Of a stretch of 64,000 nucleotides of DNA, positions 12,894 through 23,763 are shown piece after piece. A program made the translations under genes and the position numbers. Source of the DNA: Schizosaccharomyces osmophilus (taxonomy: Eukaryota); the NCBI RefSeq assembly GCF_027921745.1, contig NC_079239.1, positions 1,550,001-1,614,000 on the forward strand, in the 5' to 3' direction. The notes beneath the pieces were generated by a model that made no database searches, was not told the origin of the DNA, and saw nothing but the letters and a program-made list of their open reading frames with translations. How positions within the stretch are numbered: the first letter of the stretch is position 1; each line of letters opens with the position of its first letter.

Positions 12894-14240
12894 ATGCCTC
12901 TTCAAGTCTCTTTTGGAGATGGTTTAAGCTGTAATTGTTTAAATTTAAGGATTCTGGGAATCCCAAATGACGCGAAGCACAAATGGGTTTCTGTTCCCGG
13001 CGACCTTATTCGAATTGTAAGTTTACACTTGTAATTCACAAAATTAACGTATTAGAAATTATATAGCCTCTCACAAATCCATCACATTGAAGGAAAGTCG
13101 ATAATTGCTTGCAAAGGATGCCGTATTTCTCTTTTTGTCGTGAATAGATTGGTACACGATTTGAAGTATTATCTCAAAGAAAATGAACATAATAATGTCG
13201 ATATTTACATTTATGAAGTAGCAAAGTACCTCTCTACCTTCAAAGATCCGAAAACTGTATCTCAGTTTGGAATTCGCATGGACATGCTGAGTTCAGGTCA
13301 AGACATTGGAATGGAAGACCAAATACTGTTGAATAAGACCCAAATGGACCCTGAAATTGATGAGCTTTTCAAGAACCTCGTTTTAGAACGAAAGAAGGAA
13401 AATCGACAAACATTGTTGTCATTTCTTCGTTCACAACAAGATTCTTATGAAGAGTATACGAAAGAGCTTGAGTGGGATGCTTTTTGTTTGAAACGTAATT
13501 CCTTGCATGAAGCCAAAATTCAGTACGAGGGCGAGATAAAGGCTTTTATGCCTTTATCTAGAGAAAAAAAGCCGAACGTTGTAAAGTCTGAAACAGAACA
13601 CTCTCGTCACACTCAAAGAAGTAAACCGAAGAAGCAAGTTGCATTCACAGACAAATTTGAAGTGATCTGTTCTGACGGTAAGCAACCTAGTAAACCGGTT
13701 AATCAAGAACACGACCAAGTAAAGGCACTTGCACATCAATTTGAGAAAAGCTTGCCAGATGAAGAAAGCGGAAGCTTAAAATATGAACAAGCAGAGAAAA
13801 GTGACTATAATTCGAATGAAGAACTTGCATTCGATATAAGTTTTAGCGATTTGAACGAGGATGGTGTGCTTGAAACTATTCCTCCCGGTGACACAAGTGA
13901 GTTAGACGCCCTGACCTCAGACAAGCATTCAAAAGACACCGATTTTCCTATGGATTTGGATTCTTCTTTTTCTGAAAGCTTCCCAATGGCAATACAATCT
14001 TCCAGCTATACGGAACGCACCCCTTCGTCAAGTATTAGCTCTGATTCTTCCTTTGAAGCACCAACGGCGTCATTTATTGACCGTAAAGAGAGATGGCTGC
14101 GTATGTTGCACAAGGCGGACGAGCATAGTCGCAGCGTACATGCTAGGAGTATGGGCTATAATCTAGCTAATGATGATCCAAATCTTATAACCTCTTATAA
14201 ACATTCTTTCTTATCACATGGCTGGAAGAGCTTAAACTAA
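12894..14240 (+). CDS. toc1: Probable Tor-complex-interacting protein Toc1 (exons 12894-13016, 13056-14240)
   Basis: Spliced ORF starting MPLQVSFGDGLSCNCLNLRI with a low-complexity S/E/D-rich C-terminal half. Identity rests mainly on synteny between pgs1 and the rpl35a-family gene. Confidence 0.6.
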
Positions 14241-14822
14241 CGAGACTACCCTAAAATGCCTGAAGCTTTTTACTTTGATTTTTGCCTTTTTTTTATTTTT
14301 TGCTGTTAATTTTTGGATGAATACGTACCTGTCACGAAACAGTTTAATGCAATAGTTATGATTTTAATTAATAAATAATATTTCGAATGTATTTGAGTAG
14401 TTTCGTTTTATGCTGAACATTTGAAGCTTGCTTGTTTCTGGATTTTTGTTTCCCATAGCAATCTTCTTTTCAACCGACAAAGCCAAAGGTCTTAAGGTCT
14501 TAAGAATTATAGACATTAAGATTCTTAAGCAGATTGTAGATTTCATCCATAAACAAGCTTGTATGATCACAGAGTAGTGGAGTACGAACGTACAAGATAT
14601 ATATATGTGTAAGTTTCAAGTTACATTGACTTGGTTACATGGCATAATTATCACCTCGACTACAAAAGTAGAATAGTATTATCTTTCAAGTAAAAAACAG
14701 GCGGATATCAATAACCAATAATTACGGCAATCGTTTAATAAAATTCTACCACATTAATTGGAGAAAATTGGGGTGTAGAATAAAAAGTAAGTCATTTTTA
14801 CCAAGCGCAACATGAATTTTAT

Positions 14823-15330
14823 TTAGATGTTAGAAGGGTAAAGCATGACGCGAAGGGATGCACCAAAGGTCTTGGGAGGAAGGTTGTGAACAAAGCGAGC
14901 ACGAACTACACCAGAGTTTCCGTGAACACGAGAAACGGTACTAGTCAGTAGTTAGTATTTTGTCAATTGTTTTTAATGTTTCCATTCTTATCCTCGACCG
15001 GTAATAGAGGAAAAGATGAAACTTCTTTATATAGAAAAGGCCAGCATAAGATCAGCAATATAGCCACGAAACCTCAATAACTAATCCATATAAATGGCGT
15101 CACATAAATCTATAGACTTACCCCCAGATGACACGGATCTTAGATCCACGGATAGGTTTGTTGCACTTGTAAACAAAGCAAATGCGCTTACCCAAGTAAA
15201 ATTGAGCATCTTCCTTGGAGTCGCAGCCCTCCACCTTAACCAAAGATGTGTTTGGTTGAATGTGGTGCTTACTGCGTTGGTAAGACAAGTGCTTGGCTTT
15301 AACGTATAATCTGTGTCCTTGGGCAGGCAT
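14823..15330 (-). CDS. rpl35b: 60S ribosomal protein eL33 / L35a, 108 aa (exons 15330-15122, 14940-14823)
   Basis: [21 protein letters not shown]...[41 protein letters not shown]; 181-nt intron GTAAGT...TACTAAC...TAG. Confidence 0.95.
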
Positions 15331-15386
15331 ATTTGCTTGGTAAAAGGGAGTTGGTTAAAGATAGGGAGTATACGGTTTGGTTTGGT

Positions 15387-15394
15387 TGTGACTG
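15387..15394 (-). promoter_or_regulatory. Homol D box of the ribosomal protein gene
   Basis: Exact CAGTCACA on the minus strand, about 57 nt upstream of the ATG. This is the canonical fission-yeast ribosomal-protein promoter element. Confidence 0.85.
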
Positions 15395-15873
15395 TTTTGC
15401 AGTACAATGGATAGCAAGACTCGTTGTTTGTATTAACGTCGCACGGTGTAATAGCTTAGTAAACAATAGAATTAGACATTTGTTGATTTAGTCTTTCTTT
15501 TGAATGAAAGAAATTGTAATAGTTATAGACAGAGTCTTATACAGAAGGGCTTTATTATAAAAATGTTCATGAATAAATTCATTTGGTTTCAGTTATTGAC
15601 ACAAATCGTTCACCTACACACTGCATTTAAAATACGAAAAAAATGGTACCTTTATTAAATACATTAGATTTTAAAAGGTCCTTTTATATGTTCTAAAATG
15701 ATAGAGCAAGTCTCAGATTCTTGGACGAATTTCCGTTTATTTTGATTTTCACTTATATTGTTTACTTGCGTAGTCTCCTTACAACCCGTACAAGGAATAG
15801 CAAAGAGCGCTGTACCCCTTTATTTGCCAAAAAGCTGTTACTATTGTAGAGCATTTTTGTTCAATTCTATGAG

Positions 15874-17138
15874 ATGCAGGAGGAAGATGATGATTTAGCA
15901 TTTTTTGCAAAACCAATAAAAAAGCCGCCTTTGAATTTGGCCAAAAGGTTAAGCCATTCTTTGTCAGACTCGGGTGAGTTCAATTTTGAACGTTGCAACC
16001 CAAAAGTGTCGTTTACTAACAATCTGTAGATGAAAACTCGGATCCAGAGCCCTCTGTCGAAGAGCCTCCTTTAAAGCAAATTCGTTCTGAAAGTAGAAAC
16101 CCCCCTGGGACGTCCACTTTGATGAGTACGGAAACGGAGCCCACTGTTTCGTCTACTTTACCTTCTGCTGCTTCTCCAAGGAGAAATGAAGATGACCCAT
16201 TGAACAGCGTACAGCACTCAGTGGACTCGGAGAATGCACCACACCCTTATGCGACAAGAACTGCAACTTCTATTCTTCGAAGCAACAGTTTCAACACCGT
16301 TGATACACCACCTCCAACGCCTTTCCTCGATGTTGACTTTAATAAACGACTTCAAGAGCTAGATCGTCAGGTGAAAGAGTTTCAAAACGTATCAAAGGAT
16401 CAAGCGGATACTGATGTAAGTCTTCCCTTACGTGATACTAGCTCTTCCAAGGATCCCGATACTGCTGCTTCTACCGGACTGAGAACTCATAGCCTACCGC
16501 AAACAGACTCCTCCAACCTGACTCCAGAGGACCCCCTTGCCTCACCACAAAGAGACCATGTACCAGTAATATTACAGCTGGCTGTAATCGGACAAAAGGT
16601 CCCTGGAAGTACCATGTTCCTACCAACGGATTGGGAGTCACCACTTCTTTTTAAGGTAAAATCCAACCAGCAATTCCGTCGCGTCCGAAATGCCTACACG
16701 ATGAGAAAGCGCGTTCAAGACGTTGTATTTGTGTTCCAAAATCGGAAACTTTGGGACTTTGGGACTCCTAAAGGCGCTGGAATGCTAAAAATCGACACTC
16801 GGTTAGTGATTCATGCCTTTCACAAAGTTGACTATGAGCTTCTACAGCAGCAAAGGGCTCAAGAAGAAGCAAAACTTTTTTCACGCGAAGAGCCAAAAGA
16901 AATCCCATTGAAACGAATTATATCTATATTAGTTCGACCAAAAAAAGGACAGGATGTCCACCTTTCGATACCAGTAGATACTTCGGTAAAAGATATTACT
17001 CGAAAGTATTGTAATCAAACAGAGATTCCATTTCATGAAGGCATACGACTAGAATTTGAAGGAGATTGGTTAGATCCAAAGGACAATTTGGAAAATCTAG
17101 AAATCGAGGACGAGGATCAAATTAATATCCTAATTTAA
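15874..17138 (+). CDS. rad60: SUMO-like-domain DNA repair protein Rad60 (exons 15874-15973, 16030-17138)
   Basis: N-terminus MQEEDDDLAFFAKPIKKPPLN resembles the Rad60 start; two C-terminal SUMO-like domains (LLFKVKSNQQFRRV...; IRLEFEGDWLDP...LEIEDEDQI). Confidence 0.9.
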
Positions 17139-17323
17139 AAAAAAGTAAAAAAAAAATTATTCATAGGGTTTTACATTATTCATATTTTCTCACATTATTG
17201 CATTATTTTGTTTTATTTTAGATTACGACCATTGTTGTAAATAGAAATTCATAAATATATCATCACTTTTCCCGTTTTCTTTTTCCTAAATCTAAAATAA
17301 ACCTATTTTCCGTTCCCAAAAAT

Positions 17324-19123
17324 TTAAGCAAATGCCTCTGGCGGAATAACACCTTGGTTTTTTAATTCTAAATATGAAGTCATGGCTTGTGGATAGTTCC
17401 AGTTATTTTGCTCGCAGCACATTCTAGAAAAATGATCGTTCAATCCCGTTTCCAACTTGAGTCTCAAAACCATTTGTTGTTGCATATCTTGATTGGGTAA
17501 TGCAGCAGGACCAGCCTGCTGATCATTCGTTGGCGCGGTTGACATATTTGGTGTAGATATAGGATTTGTTTGAGTGATCCAAGAGAAAGATCCAACATAG
17601 GAGCGGACAATCAACATGTCGTTGACAACTAACACACCTGTGGATCCACCAGGTAATATGATGATAACGCGATCAAAGTTCCTTGTAAGGCTTTTATTTT
17701 GGGGCTCTTCGAATTTTCCATGTACAACTATTTTTATGGCGCTTCCAATAGAAGGAAGTACCAAGTTCCATCCCTCAATTAACCATTGAGAAGAATCTGA
17801 CATATCATGCCGAGTTTTGGGTAATGCATTTACAGCAGCAACGATGGCTTCTTGTCCAACATACGACCGTGATGCCTGTTCATCTACTGAACGGACATGT
17901 AACAAGTTTCTGCTTTTCTTTTTGTAAATACCCCATTTCAGTGAATCAGATTTAGAAGGAACGGCCTTAGATCGAAGGTTGCTTGAGTTTAGAGAGACGG
18001 AAAAGGTAGCCTGAGGGCTATATACTTGTTGAATAAGAGCTGCACGGTCAGTATCCCAACCTTTAAAAAAAGCCTCGAGAAAGGGATAAATGAGCTGCTG
18101 GGTTTCTGGTTTATCAAAAAAGGGAGGGAAAGCCGGAAAGGGTAGAGAAGTATGAGCAGCCAAAACTTCTGGGTGAATTGGATTCCCATCTAGTAATCGG
18201 AGTTTAGGAAATCTTGTAACCATTTCCGATTGATATTGCAAAACCTGGTTTGCGTAGGTAGTTTGGCAGATTGGGTTGCCTACTAGGACCAGCTCTTGCA
18301 AATCCGGAAATTTCGTTTTAGGGGCCCAGGGCTCCAAGTCTTTGAGTGTGGAAATCCGATTATTTGCGATACTTAAATTTAACAGACGAGGCCAAGTTTG
18401 TGAAAGAGTGGTGACAGAAGACACAGAGTCAATGTTGTTATCAGATAAATTGACAGATACTACATCAGGATAATGAAGAGATGCAACCTTCATTAAAGCA
18501 GGAAACATTTTGCTCTTTGTAGAGGCTTCTGCTAGAATTCCCATTTCTCTTAAAAGAGCATCCTGTTGCAAGCTTCCTAGATCTAGGAATTTGCTTTCAG
18601 AATGGTAACGAGAACCAAGAAATTGCTTTAGCTTTTCAATGGTTTCATTTGTAGAAGAAGACGCTGGTGCCGATGGACTTTTTTCCGGAGCTGAAGAAGA
18701 AGAAAGAGAACGCAAAGCAGAAGTTGATCCTGAAGAAACCAACTGACGAGTTCGCTTCGACTTTGATTTTTTCAATGCAGAAGCAGCAGGAGAGGATCCA
18801 GTGATGCTTCTAATGGCCAATCGATCACCAGCAAAGGCTGTACCATTCAAACCGTTTAGCTTTGGAAAATCCTGACTTTTCACGACTGCTGTAGCAGAAG
18901 CAGGAGTAAGAACAAGATTCATAAGACGCACTTTTGCCTTTCTCCAAACAAAACTAATCAAATCGTCCTCTGAAGCTTTGGAATGACCTGTAATGACTAC
19001 GGATATTGGTGGTTCATGATGTGGCCGGTTCTTGTTAGGTGCTCGTTTGGCTTCTAGTGGCTTGTCGATTGCCATTTCATTTTCCTTGGCAGCATTCTTG
19101 CGATCACGCTTTCTACGCAGCAT
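17324..19123 (-). CDS. mex67: mRNA export receptor Mex67/TAP (likely start MLRRKRDRK at 19123)
   Basis: LRR domain (VNLSDNNI, LSIANNRI, LVLVGNPI), NTF2-like domain (VHGKFEE...RNFDRVII...VVNDML) and TAP-C UBA (ETGLN..FS..CCEQNNWNY...IPPEAF). Confidence 0.95.
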   Translation of the reverse strand: MLRRKRDRKNAAKENEMAIDKPLEAKRAPNKNRPHHEPPISVVITGHSKASEDDLISFVWRKAKVRLMNLVLTPASATAVVKSQDFPKLNGLNGTAFAGDRLAIRSITGSSPAASALKKSKSKRTRQLVSSGSTSALRSLSSSSAPEKSPSAPASSSTNETIEKLKQFLGSRYHSESKFLDLGSLQQDALLREMGILAEASTKSKMFPALMKVASLHYPDVVSVNLSDNNIDSVSSVTTLSQTWPRLLNLSIANNRISTLKDLEPWAPKTKFPDLQELVLVGNPICQTTYANQVLQYQSEMVTRFPKLRLLDGNPIHPEVLAAHTSLPFPAFPPFFDKPETQQLIYPFLEAFFKGWDTDRAALIQQVYSPQATFSVSLNSSNLRSKAVPSKSDSLKWGIYKKKSRNLLHVRSVDEQASRSYVGQEAIVAAVNALPKTRHDMSDSSQWLIEGWNLVLPSIGSAIKIVVHGKFEEPQNKSLTRNFDRVIIILPGGSTGVLVVNDMLIVRSYVGSFSWITQTNPISTPNMSTAPTNDQQAGPAALPNQDMQQQMVLRLKLETGLNDHFSRMCCEQNNWNYPQAMTSYLELKNQGVIPPEAFA

Positions 19124-19493
19124 CCTCGCAATTCCAACAGAATGGTGAGAGATTGGTAAAGTGCAAACCGTTTTAGAACTAAGGCGAATGTCTAACACTC
19201 CCTTCCTTTTTGATAACCGAAATAGCTTAGTACTGTTAAGCTTCAATCTAAGCGAACGTGATAGGAAGACCCACGTAAAAACAAATCATCCAAGGTAAAC
19301 AAGGTTAAAAGTTTCATTAACAGGCACGAAAAAAAGTGAAATTCCCATGAAAATCATTGGAAATACCTAACATTCTCAAAAAGTCGTTTAACTACAGTGT
19401 ATGAATAGCCCTTCTTTTGAATGCTCCTTCATCATAAACACAAGCACCAGCCTTTCCTTCCACAGTACCCCATACTTACTTTTCCTTTCGGTT

Positions 19494-19538
19494 AGGGTAG
19501 GGTTGTTATAAAGCAGTCACGCCCAGTAAATATATAAG
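19494..19538 (+). promoter_or_regulatory. Homol E + Homol D + TATA promoter of the snoRNA at 19575
   Basis: AGGGTAGGGT at 19494-19503, CAGTCACG at 19514-19521, TATATAAG at 19531-19538. Confidence 0.8.
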
Positions 19539-19574
19539 GTTGCACAAACCCTACTTTTTCACTATCGTGCGGTT

Positions 19575-19732
19575 ATATACCGACGCCCACATTCGTGTTG
19601 CTCGCTTTTCGATTATTTTTGTGGAATGGTTTGAGCGTCAGACGTGGGCCAGAGTCAAATGGACGTCTTAGTATCCATACAGTGATCGTTGAATTATCAA
19701 GCGGTCATTGTGGGTCGGTGGTTCAGAAATGT
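19575..19732 (+). ncRNA. snR35: Box H/ACA snoRNA, snR35 type (guide for the 18S Psi1191 equivalent)
   Basis: Two-hairpin fold. 5' hairpin: lower stem GCCCAC 19585-19590 / GTGGGC 19644-19649; pocket strands CGTGTT 19594-19599 and GTCAGA 19637-19642 pair with 18S UUUGAC-[U]C-AACACG. The pocket is exactly 14 nt from an H-like box AGAGTCA at 19651. A long 3' hairpin spans about 19660-19725. It has its own Homol E/D/TATA promoter. Ends are approximate. Confidence 0.85.
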
Positions 19733-20586
19733 CTTATAGATAGATTCTCTTGTAAGCATGAATAAAGAATTGAGTCGGTTTTATTTAAAAGTGGTTTTGA
19801 ACAAGTATTATTTGAAAAAGTGTGTTGAAAAATTCGTAGAAATAAAAATAGAAGCGTACATGGAGGTCTGTACATCGGAATATTAGCAGTACACATAAAG
19901 ATCAACGAGTGTCTTAGTACGACAGTAGGAGCAGTTCGATTATTCTTTACGATTGATTTCTCTTTTGGCTTGAATTCAAGTTGCTTCATGATCGATGAAT
20001 TGGCAAACCATCAAGAAACGTAAGTACAGGGAGACTACCTTTAACCATCTTCGGCTATTGATTTTTTTCTTTTTTTGTTTATTTACATATGAGTGAATAA
20101 ATGGAGCATGGGTCAGTTTGATAGTTGCATAAGCAAGTATAGCTATATGCTATTATAATTTCTTTTAGTAATTCTATGTCTTTATACTAGTATTATTATA
20201 TGGTTCTCTTATCAGACTATCGTGATACTTTCCCTCGTACCGCTGTGAGCAGTATCACAGTACTGTGTTCCTTGGATTTACTATATAAACACAAACTTGA
20301 CTTCAACAACTCACCTCGTCCAACGAACCAACGTTTCAAAAACCCTTAGAAAAAACATTTAGCAGATATAGAATCTTGCTCTGTGTTTTCAATTTAAAAC
20401 TTCACAGCAAAACCTTCTTAGGTGGTGTTTGTGACATATTTGTACAGGAAGAACAGGTTTTGAATCTATACAAAGGAGCTCAATTTGCCAAATTTTCCTT
20501 GTTAGAAGTCCGTTGATTTAGAATTTATCTCTTATTTTTTATTACAGACTTACTACCCATTTCCTTTCTTTTTTTTGCTATCCACG

Positions 20587-23247
20587 ATGCAAGTTACCGT
20601 ACCGTCATCTGGATCAGCTTCTGCTTCCCTAGCAAAGGACGATAATCGTAGCGTTCTACCCACGAATGTCAAACCAATTCATTATGACCTTAGTCTCTAC
20701 CCAGACTTGGAGACATTTGCTTATGGTGGTAATGTCAATGTCTCTTTAGACGTGATTGAGGATTCAGACACGATTACCCTGCACGGAATAAATTTACGTA
20801 TCTTAAGCGCTGCTTTGGAATGGGGTCATCAAACCATTTGGACAGACAACGTTACTTACAAAGATGAACGCATTGTCCTTCAATTCTCCTCCATTGTGCC
20901 TGCTAATTCCGTTGCAGTTTTAAAGCTTGCTTTCACTGGTGTCATTTCCAAGGGTATGGAAGGCTTTTATCGTTCTAGTTATGTCGATGCCGATGGAAAC
21001 ACCAAGTACCTTGCTACCACTCAAATGGAACCTACTAGTGCTCGTCGCGCATTCCCTTGTTGGGATGAGCCTGCTTTGAAGGCAACCTTCAGCATTGACA
21101 TAACCGCAAAGTCCAATTATACTATTTTAAGTAACATGAATATCTCTGAAGAAGTTATCAAGGATGACGTGAAAACTGCTCGTTTCGCAAAGACTTGCCG
21201 CATGTCTACCTATTTATTGGCTTGGATCGTTGCCGAACTTGAATATGTTGAATGCTTTACACCTGGTAAACATTGCCCTCGTTTACCTGTCCGTGTCTAC
21301 ACTACTCCTGGCTTCGCCCAGCAGGGTAAATTTGCCGCCGATTTAGGTGCTAAGACCATAGATTTTTTTTCTGGTGCCTTCAACGAAGCATATCCCTTGC
21401 CCAAATGCGACATGGTAGCTATTCCTGACTTTGAAGCTGGTGCCATGGAAAACTGGGGTCTCATTACTTATCGTCTCTCTGCCATTTTGGTTTCTGAAGA
21501 TTCTGCTGCCACCGTCATTCAGCGCGTTGCCGAAGTTGTCCAACACGAGCTGGCTCACCAATGGTTCGGCAATTTGGTCACTATGCAGTTCTGGGATGGC
21601 TTGTGGCTTAACGAAGGTTTTGCTACGTGGATGTCTTGGTTCAGTTGTCACAACTTCTATCCCGAATGGAAGGTTTGGGAATCATATGTCACCGACGAAC
21701 TACAATCCGCCCTTGCTTTGGATGCTCTTCGTTCTAGTCATCCCATTGAAGTTCCTATTATGCACGAGTATGAAATTAACCAAATTTTTGATGCCATTTC
21801 TTACTCCAAGGGATCTTGCGTCATTCGTATGATTAGCAAGTATGTTGGAGAAGACGTTTTCATTAGAGGTATTCAAAAATACATTTCCAGACATCGTTAC
21901 AACAACACCGTTACCGAAGATTTATGGGCTGCCCTATCTGAAGAGTCTGGTCAAGATATTTCTACCATGATGAAGTGCTGGACCAAGTTCACCGGCTATC
22001 CCGTCATCAGTATCTCGGAAACCAAAGAAGGAAAACTTCGCATTGAACAACATCGTTTCTTATCCACCGGTGATGTTAGCCCTGAAGACGACAAGACGCT
22101 ATACTGGGTCCCATTAAAGTTGAAGACTATTAAAGATGGAAAGCCCACGGTGGATGAGAAGATTGTTTTGACAGAAAGATCTGTTGAGCTTCCCCTTTCA
22201 CAAGAATCTCATGGTGCTTACAAACTTAATTCAGAACAATCTGGTATTTATCGAGTACAATATACGACCGATCACTTAAAGAGACTTGCAAAGGTTGCCG
22301 TTGAAAAGCCCGAATTCCTCAGCGTCGAGGACCGTGCCGGTTTGATTGCTGATGTTGCTTCCTTATCCAGAGCTGGCTATGGGCATGTTAGCAGCACTCT
22401 CGACTTGGCCAAGACTTGGAAAGAAGAACCAAGCTTCGTTGTTTTCACAGAAATTTTAGCTCGTCTAAATGGTATCAAGTCCACTCTACGCTTTGAAAAG
22501 CCCGAGATTGTAGATGCTTTGAAGAAGTTCATTTTGGAGATTTCTTCCGTCAAAGCACACAAACTCGGATGGTCTTTCGACAGCTCTGATGATCACATCA
22601 GCCGTCAATTCAAGAGCACAGTCTTTGGTTTTGCTGGTGTCAATGGTGACAAGAAGGTTGTCTCGGATGCTATCAGAATGTTCGAAGCATACGCTGCGGG
22701 TGACCAAAAAGCCATCAACGACAATCTCCGCTCTTCTGTTTTCATTATCGCAGTCCGTCACGGTGAGCCTAAGTGTTGGGATCAATTGCTGGATATTTAC
22801 AAGAAGTCAAATGACCCATACGTTCGCACCAATTGCCTTAGAGCATTTGGCTACACTGAAAACGACGCATACATTGAAAAGACCCTTCAACTTGCCTTGG
22901 ATCCTATTGTCAAAGAGCAAGATTTGTACTTGGTATTGTCAAGCTTGTCTAGTCATAAGAAGGGTGTAGTCACTATGTGGAAGTTTGCTACAACCCATTG
23001 GGAGCAACTCTTGAAGCGACTTCCCATTGCTGGTACCATGCGTGGCCATATTGTTCGAATCATTACCGGCGGATTTACTCACAAGTCGGATATTGACACC
23101 ATCAAAAAGTTTTTTGCCAACCAAGACATCAAGTTGTACGAACGTGCACTTCAACAATCTTTGGACAGCATTTCGTCCAGCTCTAGTTTCATTGAGAAGT
23201 CGTTGAACGACATTACAGAATGGCTCAAGATTAACAATTACGTCTAA
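20587..23247 (+). CDS. ape2: M1-family zinc aminopeptidase Ape2
   Basis: GAMENWGL and HELAHQW...NEGFA (HEXXH-X18-E) motifs; ERAP1-C-type C-terminal domain. First ATG at 20587. Confidence 0.95.
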   Translation: MQVTVPSSGSASASLAKDDNRSVLPTNVKPIHYDLSLYPDLETFAYGGNVNVSLDVIEDSDTITLHGINLRILSAALEWGHQTIWTDNVTYKDERIVLQFSSIVPANSVAVLKLAFTGVISKGMEGFYRSSYVDADGNTKYLATTQMEPTSARRAFPCWDEPALKATFSIDITAKSNYTILSNMNISEEVIKDDVKTARFAKTCRMSTYLLAWIVAELEYVECFTPGKHCPRLPVRVYTTPGFAQQGKFAADLGAKTIDFFSGAFNEAYPLPKCDMVAIPDFEAGAMENWGLITYRLSAILVSEDSAATVIQRVAEVVQHELAHQWFGNLVTMQFWDGLWLNEGFATWMSWFSCHNFYPEWKVWESYVTDELQSALALDALRSSHPIEVPIMHEYEINQIFDAISYSKGSCVIRMISKYVGEDVFIRGIQKYISRHRYNNTVTEDLWAALSEESGQDISTMMKCWTKFTGYPVISISETKEGKLRIEQHRFLSTGDVSPEDDKTLYWVPLKLKTIKDGKPTVDEKIVLTERSVELPLSQESHGAYKLNSEQSGIYRVQYTTDHLKRLAKVAVEKPEFLSVEDRAGLIADVASLSRAGYGHVSSTLDLAKTWKEEPSFVVFTEILARLNGIKSTLRFEKPEIVDALKKFILEISSVKAHKLGWSFDSSDDHISRQFKSTVFGFAGVNGDKKVVSDAIRMFEAYAAGDQKAINDNLRSSVFIIAVRHGEPKCWDQLLDIYKKSNDPYVRTNCLRAFGYTENDAYIEKTLQLALDPIVKEQDLYLVLSSLSSHKKGVVTMWKFATTHWEQLLKRLPIAGTMRGHIVRIITGGFTHKSDIDTIKKFFANQDIKLYERALQQSLDSISSSSSFIEKSLNDITEWLKINNYV

Positions 23248-23514
23248 TTAAAAAGAAGTTTGTTGAGCTAGTGATACTAAATTTTCTATTATGATACATT
23301 AAAACTACATAAAAATTTATAGGTAGAAAAGACTTAGTTCCTTACGAACATACAAATGATTTTGATTACATCAAGTACTAGCAGCACATCCACTCAGAAT
23401 TTCACTACTTGGTGTATTACTATGTTTACCAAACTATACAAACACAAGCCATAGAAAATAATCAGTCTCATTCAAGCATTTCTAAACCAAACAAAGTAAT
23501 CGATATCTATATAA

Positions 23515-23680
23515 GAATTTCTCGCATCGTCGGCCCCTACGCCAATCGCCTAATTTAATAGGTCATAAGAGCAGGGTTCTTTGTCAACGAGTTTTGATCT
23601 CGAGGTCGCAAAGTCAACGAATGACCCTGGCAGTAGAATACGTATTAATTCACATATTCACCGTGGCTGACCTCTGACAT
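23515..23680 (-). ncRNA. Box H/ACA snoRNA, snR34/U65-type double guide (25S Psi2826 and Psi2880 equivalents, S. cerevisiae numbering)
   Basis: Minus-strand two-hairpin fold. Lower stem GAGGTC/GACCTC is followed by H box AGATCA (23600-23595). Pocket 1, GCCAC (23667-23663) + GCCAG (23631-23627), pairs with 25S CUGGC-[U]U-GUGGC. Pocket 2, GAA (23579-23577) + GCCGAC (23534-23529), pairs with GUCGGC-[U]C-UUC and lies 14 nt from a terminal AAA box (23520-23518). Ends are approximate. Confidence 0.85.
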
Positions 23681-23715
23681 TTTTGATTCAAAGAAACAGG
23701 TTGCGAACGCTGCCT

Positions 23716-23763
23716 TTTTATACCTTTTTTTTTGGAGCAGTAGGGTAGGGTTGATAGTGACTT
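23716..23763 (-). promoter_or_regulatory. TATA + Homol E (+ degenerate Homol D) promoter of the minus-strand snoRNA
   Basis: TATAAAA on the minus strand at 23722-23716; AGGGTAGGGT at 23742-23751; AAGTCACT on the minus strand at 23763-23756. Confidence 0.7.

Noticed and set aside
15046..15110. Possible intronic C/D snoRNA in the eL33 intron (ATGTGA...CTGA with a short terminal stem)
   Set aside because: The C box does not match RTGATGA, and I could find no rRNA-complementary guide next to the CTGA.
19124..19246. N-terminal extensions in the ORF track for mex67 (also pvg3 25253-25339 and ape2 20575-20586)
   Set aside because: They start at non-ATG codons. The first ATG gives the expected N-terminus for mex67 and pvg3 and is the simplest start for ape2.
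19579..19719. Alternative four-way-junction fold (ACCGA..CCCACA / TGTGGGTCGGT closing three hairpins) suggesting a novel ribozyme or riboswitch
   Set aside because: The two-hairpin H/ACA fold explains the region better (exact rRNA-complementary pocket at 14-nt spacing, snoRNA-type promoter). No hammerhead, HDV or TPP core motifs are present.
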